From Planctomycetota bacterium (lineage in GTDB: Bacteria > Planctomycetota > GCA-002687715 > CAIWVZ01), in assembly GCA_044222185.1 (NCBI GenBank), contig JBGANV010000001.1, positions 384,001 to 448,000 of the forward strand: DNA of 64,000 bases, written 5' to 3'. Below, one piece after another: positions 58,149 through 64,000 of this stretch (the stretch's first letter is position 1; each line of letters starts with the position of its first letter). Position numbers and translations under genes: made by a program. The notes below the pieces were generated by a model. That model was not told the DNA's origin. It saw only the letters and a program-made list of their open reading frames with translations, and did not search any database.

Positions 58149-60131
58149 TCAAGGAGTGACTGCGGAGAACTGGTTGGCCGAACCGAGCACCGCGCCGATC
58201 GGGAGGACTTCGATCGTCACGGTCGCGCCGGAGGCGACACCGTCCGCGGCGAAGTTCCAGCGGAAGTTGTAGAACGACGGGATCGCGGAATTGCCCGTCA
58301 CCTGCATCGTCGGGAAGTTTCCGGCAACCGTCGACGGGAACTGCTGGTCGATCGTCGCCAGCTGCCACGGGCCGGAGCCCTGGCGGAAGCGGATGATGAC
58401 GTAGCCGCCGTCGTTGTTGGCATCGGACACGCTGACGTTGACGAACATCGTGCCGGCGGTTCCGCTCGTCGCCGTGACTGCCGCCGCGATGACGGGCACT
58501 GCGTTGTCGAACGGGTACAGCTCGATGGTGTCGATGTAGTTCGTGGAATCGGCGCGACCACCGACGATCACGACCGCTCCGCACGAGATGGCGGTCGAGC
58601 TGTGCTCGGCGCGGGCCGTCCCCATGGACGCGACCGACGTGAACGACAGCGTTTCCGGGAGGAACAGCTCGGCCGACGTCGTTGCGTTGCCGGCTGCGGC
58701 CGTGACACCACCCGTGATCAGGACGTGGCCGTCGCCGAGGAGCGAAGCACCGTGGAAGGCGCGGGCCGTGCCCATCATGGGCGTGGTGGACGTGAAGGCA
58801 CCAGCGGCGCCGAGCTCGGGCATGAAGACCAGCGAGTGGTCGACGACGTTGCTCGGGTTGGACACTTCCTGACCACCGGCGATGAGGACCCAGCCGTTTG
58901 CGAGGCGGGTTGCCGTGTGCTGGAGGTGGTCGACGGGGCCACCAGCGACGACCGTTGCCGTCAGCGCGACGGCATCGACGAGCTCGGCGCTCAGCGGCGT
59001 CGTCGGGGCGGCAGGATCGAACCCACCGGCCACGAGGATCTTGCCGTTCGCGAGCAGGGTCGCGGTGTGCCCGGTACGCGGCGTCCCCAGTGCGACCGAG
59101 AGGGTCGTGAACGTACCCGTCGTCGGATCGAACGACTCGATCGACGAGAGGCCGGTGGGCGTCGCGCCGCCCGTATTTCCACCGATGACGATGACCTTGT
59201 TCGACGGGATCCACGTCGCCGTGTGGCCCCGGCGTGCAGCGGCCATGGGGCCGGTCGTCGGAAGGACCACTTCGGTCGGCGTGAAGCAGTAGATGTCAGC
59301 CGTGCTGCTCGCCGCGCCGGAGCCCGGGGTGTTCGTACCACCGGCGACCAACATGCGAACGCTGCCGGTCGTGGCGTCGAAGAAGAACGCGCAGGCGTGG
59401 TCATCGCGCGACTGGGCCATGGTGCCGGCAGTCGTGCGGGTGTGCGTGAGCGTGTTCGGGTCGATGACGAAACGGTCGACCGTGTCGAAAGCCGTCAGGC
59501 CCGAGAGCGAATTCGTCCGACCGCCGGCGATCACCAGGCCCTTCGAACCGACGGCCTGATCACACTGGTTCGCGCGGCCCGTGAGGCCGCCGGTGCCAGC
59601 GCCAGCACCGCTCGACCCGGACGCGGCGCCGCCGCCCGTGTAGTTGACGATGCAGGAATCACCGTCGAGGGATGCCGTCGTGCCGTCGGCGACGAGGTCC
59701 AGCAACAACGCGATGCCGTTGGCTGCGGTGAATCCCAGGTTGGCGCCTGCGTTCCAGCAGAACCGGCCCGGCACCGACTGGCCGTCGAATGCGATCACGA
59801 GGTTCGCGATGTTGCTCGTCACGCCGAGCTGGGTCTGCAGGGCTGCGGAAATTTCGGCAGCGGTGACGGCGCTCGTTGCAGCCGGAAGCACGTACTGCGC
59901 GACGATGTCGTAGGTGCCTGGGGGGCCGCTGATCGTGAAATCGACGCAGACCACGCCCTGCGCGGCGAATGTCGTCGCATCACAGCCAGTGATCGTGATC
60001 TGGAGGGGAGCCGGCCCCCCGCCTCCGCGGTGGACGTGATCGTGGCCGCAGCCAGCGATCGTCAGGCTCAGAGCGGCGATTACCGCCAACAAACAACAAG
60101 TCTTCCCGGTCGGGCTGCCCGTTACGAGCAT
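58149..60131 (-). CDS. Kelch-repeat beta-propeller lipoprotein
   Basis: RBS GGAGG; lipobox-like IAGC; 6-7 repeats R..HTAT.L.NG.ILVAGG...AEL. Confidence 0.88.
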   Translation of the reverse strand: MLVTGSPTGKTCCLLAVIAALSLTIAGCGHDHVHRGGGGPAPLQITITGCDATTFAAQGVVCVDFTISGPPGTYDIVAQYVLPAATSAVTAAEISAALQTQLGVTSNIANLVIAFDGQSVPGRFCWNAGANLGFTAANGIALLLDLVADGTTASLDGDSCIVNYTGGGAASGSSGAGAGTGGLTGRANQCDQAVGSKGLVIAGGRTNSLSGLTAFDTVDRFVIDPNTLTHTRTTAGTMAQSRDDHACAFFFDATTGSVRMLVAGGTNTPGSGAASSTADIYCFTPTEVVLPTTGPMAAARRGHTATWIPSNKVIVIGGNTGGATPTGLSSIESFDPTTGTFTTLSVALGTPRTGHTATLLANGKILVAGGFDPAAPTTPLSAELVDAVALTATVVAGGPVDHLQHTATRLANGWVLIAGGQEVSNPSNVVDHSLVFMPELGAAGAFTSTTPMMGTARAFHGASLLGDGHVLITGGVTAAAGNATTSAELFLPETLSFTSVASMGTARAEHSSTAISCGAVVIVGGRADSTNYIDTIELYPFDNAVPVIAAAVTATSGTAGTMFVNVSVSDANNDGGYVIIRFRQGSGPWQLATIDQQFPSTVAGNFPTMQVTGNSAIPSFYNFRWNFAADGVASGATVTIEVLPIGAVLGSANQFSAVTP

Positions 60132-60518
60132 CGGATCTTTCCTCCCACAACGTCTATTCCCGCGCTGCCGTCGCCGACGTGTTCGACCGCTCGACAGGCG
60201 TGCACTCGTTCGAGTTCATTGCCGCTCGAGCCTTCTAATTCCACGAGGCCGCTTCTTTTAAGTCTTCGGCGCAAATGGGTCAACAGGTCAACTCGGCTCC
60301 GTTTCGAAGTTTATAGAAACTGGGAGCGGGCTCCTTCGACGTTCTCGTCCGCACCCTCCCGGGGTCGGTAGGGCGGCGTCCGACGCGCGGCATCGGACAT
60401 GGGCGGACTATACCCCCCGACGGCAGGAACACGAAAACAGCTTCGGCCGGATGACGGGCGGCGGACGGCCGCTTCCGTTTCGGAGCGCGTCGCAGCGGCG
60501 TAGGATCGCGCCCACGAC

Positions 60519-63500
60519 GTGACGGACTCCGGCGAAAACTCGACGAAAACACGGCCCTCCGGCATTCTCGCGTCCGGAGTTCGCGTGGCCAGCCTGCCCC
60601 CGAGGATCCTTGCATGCGTGGCCGCATTGGCCTGCTTCGTCGTCGTGTTCTTCTACGAGCGGTCGGCCCGCGAGGCATTCGCAGTCCCGAAGAAGGCATG
60701 GGGCGCCGCCCTGATATGCGGACTGGCCTGTGTGTCATGGATTTCGCGGAGAGGGTGCCGGGCGATCCCGCTCGTTCCCGCCCTGGCGCTCCTTGCACTC
60801 TCTGCCGTCGGGGTCGCGACGGCGGCCATGGCTACATCACCGGCGGTTGCGATTGAGGGAATTAGAGATTTGGTCCTGCTCGCGATTCCCGCGTGGGTCG
60901 TTGGCGCGGTTGTGCTGAGGTCGGCCAGGCGGGTCGGGATCGTGCTCGAGGCCTGCGGCTGGGCGGCCTGCGGTGTGGCACTGATTGGGCTCGTCCAACA
61001 GCAACAACTCGATTGGTGGGGGTATGTGCCGTGGCCGCCGCGCGCACCCGGCGCCGCGGCGCCCGGTGCCGCCGGTCCCCCGACGCCCGACGTCCTCGGC
61101 TGGGGACCGGTGTCCGCCGTCATCCGCGCCGTCTACGACGCGCTGGCCTCGCTCGCGCGCGCGGACCTTTCCTACGAGACGTTCGGACCCCTGGCCCCGG
61201 TCGCGCGGTGGCTTCACCGGGAATGCCTGCTGGGCCGTTGGTTCTCCCGACTCCCGACCCGCGACGGGTTCGCATCCGTCTTCGGGCACCCGAATGTTGC
61301 CGCGGAGGTGGTCGCGGCGGGCGCTGCCGCCCACCTGACGCGCCTGTGGGGTGGGATCGCGGCGACCCGGTCTACGCCGGCCGCGTTGGTGTTGGGCATC
61401 CTCGGCGCGACCAGCCGGCTGGTCGCGCTGCTCATCTGCGCGGCGTACGTCCTCGTGACCGGGAGCCGCGGCGCGTGGGTCGCCCTCGTGGTCGTCGGAG
61501 CCCTCCTCGCGGCCGCCTACGTGTTTGGGGTCGACTCGATCGGTCGGCGTCGGCGCCTGGTCGTCGCGTTGGCCGGGCTCCTCGCACTTGCCGCGGCGGG
61601 GGCGGCGATGGCGCGCGTCGAGATGATCGGTGGCCGGGGAGGCGGGGCCCGTGAGTCCATCGCCGATCGCGTCGAGCAGCTCATTCACCGGCCTGACCCG
61701 GCACGGGATACGGTGCGAGAACGCCTGACGCTGTGGGCCAATACGCGCGCGTGGCTCCAGCAGGTTTCGGAGCGCAGCCCGCTCGATGCGTTTCTCGGAG
61801 TCGGCCCCGGGAACTGGGTCGTCATCTACCCGTCGGTCTCCAGGAAGGCGGCGGTTCACGTTCCCGGCACGTACACGCTCGAGCGCTACCCGGACCACCC
61901 ACACCAGGACCCCCTGGAATTCGTGACCGAATACGGCCTCGTCGGAGCGTTGCTGCTGTCGCTCGCGATCGGGACGACCTGGGCGCGATGCCGCGCGAGG
62001 CTTCGGGCGACCACGACGCGATTCGCGTCGATCGGGATCCTCGTCGTGCTCACGGCCGTCTCCGTCACCTCGCTGTTCTCGTTTCCGCTCCACGGGGCCG
62101 TGCCCGTCCTCTGGATGTTCATGCTTCTCGGCGCCGGTGCCGCGACGTGGACGACGAACGACGGTGCGCCTGCTGGGGAACCGAGCGGCCGGGGAGCGGT
62201 CGTTGCGCTGACCTGCACGGTATTCGCTGGATTCGTCATGGTGGCGACGGGGTCGGTCCTGGCCACGTCATCCGTCATCGCCATGGGGGTCGGTTGCGCG
62301 ATCGCGTCCCATGCGTGGCGATCGGGTCGCCGCACGCTTGCGTGGAGCGTGGCATTGACGACCGTGGCGCTCGGAGCTGCATACGCCGCAGTGGGCGCCG
62401 AGACGCGATTCGAGTGTCTTGCGCTCGCCGTCGGCGTGGCGGGCGCCGTCGTGTCCGCGACGACGGCCGGGTTCCGCGACCTGGAGGCTGGGCCCGGTGT
62501 CCGGCGACTTGGCGCAATCGCCCTGGCGGGACTCACGTGCGTGGCCCTCGCTGGCGGAAACTCCAGGATCGACCAGAGCGTCGACCGCGCAATCGGATCC
62601 GACATGAAGTGGGCGGCCCAGGTGAGCCCCGCCGATCGAGACAACTCACTGCTCGTGTCGCGCAACGTCCTCGACACGGCGTCCGTGCTGACGCCGGCGG
62701 ACTTCATCGCGGAGCTCGAGCGCGGAGCCGTTCTATTCGCCGCGCAGGATCTCGTGGCTGCCGAGGCCTCGCTCTCGCGCTGCCTTGCGCTTCACCCCCA
62801 TCTGGCGAACGCCTACGTCGCGCGCGCCAACCTCATGTACGTCCGCGGTCGCTCCGACGAGGCATTCGCCGCGGCCCGGACCGCGCGTCAACTCAATCCG
62901 GACGCCTATCAAGCCCGCTCGATCTGGGGACTCCTCATGGCAGGTCGCGGCAGTCGCGAACTGGCGGCCGGAGAATTCGAGAAGGCCATCGAACTCGCGC
63001 CTGGCAACGTGCTGCCCGACGCACGGATCGCCCTGGCGCAGATCTATCTCGACGACAACCGGGAGTCGGCGCGCGCACTCGCGCACCTCGAGCGCGCGGC
63101 CAAGGAGACTGCTGCAAACCCGATCCTCCTGCGCCTCGTTGCGGGGCTCTATCAGCATCCGAGTCTGCCGCCCGAATTTCATGCGCGTGGCGCCAGACTG
63201 TGGCACGACGCACTCGTCCTCGATCCGACCGACGTGGAGGCGCGGTTCCGGATTGCGATCGAGCCGTTGCGCGGCATCGGCGATCCACCTTCGGACGAAG
63301 CATTGAAGGTGCTGCTGAAGGCTCTCGAGGACCTTCTGCCCGCGACGCCCTCACGCCTTCAGACGCAAGTGCGGTTCTATCGCGCGTTGTGCCTGGACCG
63401 GCTCGGACGGACGTCCGAGGCGGAGAAGGGATATCGGGACGTCATCGTCATCGGTGGAGCCATCCGACCGCACTCGGCCGACGACGAGGCGTGTCTTCAT

Positions 63501-63590
63501 GCGGCCGTGAACGCCATCCAGGCCATGCGGGCCAGCGGGCGTCAGGCGCAGAGTCCGGATTCCCGTGCCACATCGGGCCCCGCCAAGTGA
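60519..63590 (+). CDS. O-antigen ligase (Wzy_C)-like polytopic membrane protein with C-terminal TPRs
   Basis: SVFGHPNVAA, TGSRGAW, ERLTLW, GVGPGNW, HPHQDPLE..EYGLVG, SFPLH; TPRs in the C-terminal ~300 aa. Confidence 0.85.
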   Translation: MTDSGENSTKTRPSGILASGVRVASLPPRILACVAALACFVVVFFYERSAREAFAVPKKAWGAALICGLACVSWISRRGCRAIPLVPALALLALSAVGVATAAMATSPAVAIEGIRDLVLLAIPAWVVGAVVLRSARRVGIVLEACGWAACGVALIGLVQQQQLDWWGYVPWPPRAPGAAAPGAAGPPTPDVLGWGPVSAVIRAVYDALASLARADLSYETFGPLAPVARWLHRECLLGRWFSRLPTRDGFASVFGHPNVAAEVVAAGAAAHLTRLWGGIAATRSTPAALVLGILGATSRLVALLICAAYVLVTGSRGAWVALVVVGALLAAAYVFGVDSIGRRRRLVVALAGLLALAAAGAAMARVEMIGGRGGGARESIADRVEQLIHRPDPARDTVRERLTLWANTRAWLQQVSERSPLDAFLGVGPGNWVVIYPSVSRKAAVHVPGTYTLERYPDHPHQDPLEFVTEYGLVGALLLSLAIGTTWARCRARLRATTTRFASIGILVVLTAVSVTSLFSFPLHGAVPVLWMFMLLGAGAATWTTNDGAPAGEPSGRGAVVALTCTVFAGFVMVATGSVLATSSVIAMGVGCAIASHAWRSGRRTLAWSVALTTVALGAAYAAVGAETRFECLALAVGVAGAVVSATTAGFRDLEAGPGVRRLGAIALAGLTCVALAGGNSRIDQSVDRAIGSDMKWAAQVSPADRDNSLLVSRNVLDTASVLTPADFIAELERGAVLFAAQDLVAAEASLSRCLALHPHLANAYVARANLMYVRGRSDEAFAAARTARQLNPDAYQARSIWGLLMAGRGSRELAAGEFEKAIELAPGNVLPDARIALAQIYLDDNRESARALAHLERAAKETAANPILLRLVAGLYQHPSLPPEFHARGARLWHDALVLDPTDVEARFRIAIEPLRGIGDPPSDEALKVLLKALEDLLPATPSRLQTQVRFYRALCLDRLGRTSEAEKGYRDVIVIGGAIRPHSADDEACLHAAVNAIQAMRASGRQAQSPDSRATSGPAK

Positions 63591-64000
63591 GGTGCCACGC
63601 GGTCATCGCCGTTCTCGGACTCGCCATCGCGTCAGGGCACGCGGTGACGGCCCAGGGCGAGTCTGCGACCCCGGCGCCGTCCCGGCCTCAAACGCGCCGT
63701 CTCGTCGACACGGAGCCGAAGATCCTCATCCGCGAGCACGGGTTCACGACGGAGCCGGCATCCCCGGAGACGGATTCTCGGCCCGGATCGGACCCGGAGG
63801 CGATCGACCCGGCCGAGGTGGATCGGGCGCGCAACCCCGATGTTCGAACCTCCGCCGACGCGGTCGAGCTGACGAATGCCGGACGCAGGAAGTTCGACTC
63901 CGTGAAGATCTCGAATCCGGAGCATCGCAGGCTCGGCTCGATCGTCGCGGTGGTCGGCGCCACCGTGGTGATCTTCGTCGGCATCCTGGTGATGTACTCA
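63587..64000 (+). CDS. Partial exported or membrane hypothetical protein (runs off the window)
   Basis: GTG overlaps the previous stop; open frame VRCHAVIAVLGLAIASG...TDSRPG...IVAVVGATVVIFVGILVMYS. Confidence 0.65.
   Translation, partial: MRCHAVIAVLGLAIASGHAVTAQGESATPAPSRPQTRRLVDTEPKILIREHGFTTEPASPETDSRPGSDPEAIDPAEVDRARNPDVRTSADAVELTNAGRRKFDSVKISNPEHRRLGSIVAVVGATVVIFVGILVMYS

Overview
GC-rich bacterial chromosome segment, probably from a Planctomycetota-like organism (inferred from gene context and protein style, not from a search). It is mostly housekeeping: rpsT, def, ribF, tRNA-Phe(GAA), rpmE-prfA-prmC, ssb, a HelY-like helicase, yebC, rsmA-dnaG-rpoD-Zn-ribbon, ychF and rnpB. It also carries a type IV pilus motor cluster (pilB-pilT-pilB-[inverted SDR]-pilC, then a histidine kinase and two CNNM proteins) and many exported proteins. 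I saw no prophage, IS, integrase or CRISPR array. Main observations: (1) a hidden UGA-readthrough thioredoxin/TlpA selenoprotein (W-U-G-P-C) with a SECIS-like hairpin, split in the ORF track; (2) a shared ~110-aa C-terminal domain on unrelated secreted proteins, a candidate sorting signal; (3) a recurring [EDTP]-S-[RK]-P motif in exported proteins near an O-antigen-ligase/TPR gene, a candidate protein O-glycosylation system; (4) an OPT transporter coupled to a secreted cyanophycinase-like peptidase; (5) five genes with a leaderless promoter layout; (6) an arch-less HelY-like helicase and a Ser-less alpha/beta hydrolase. All calls come from motif recognition by eye; no database search was run.
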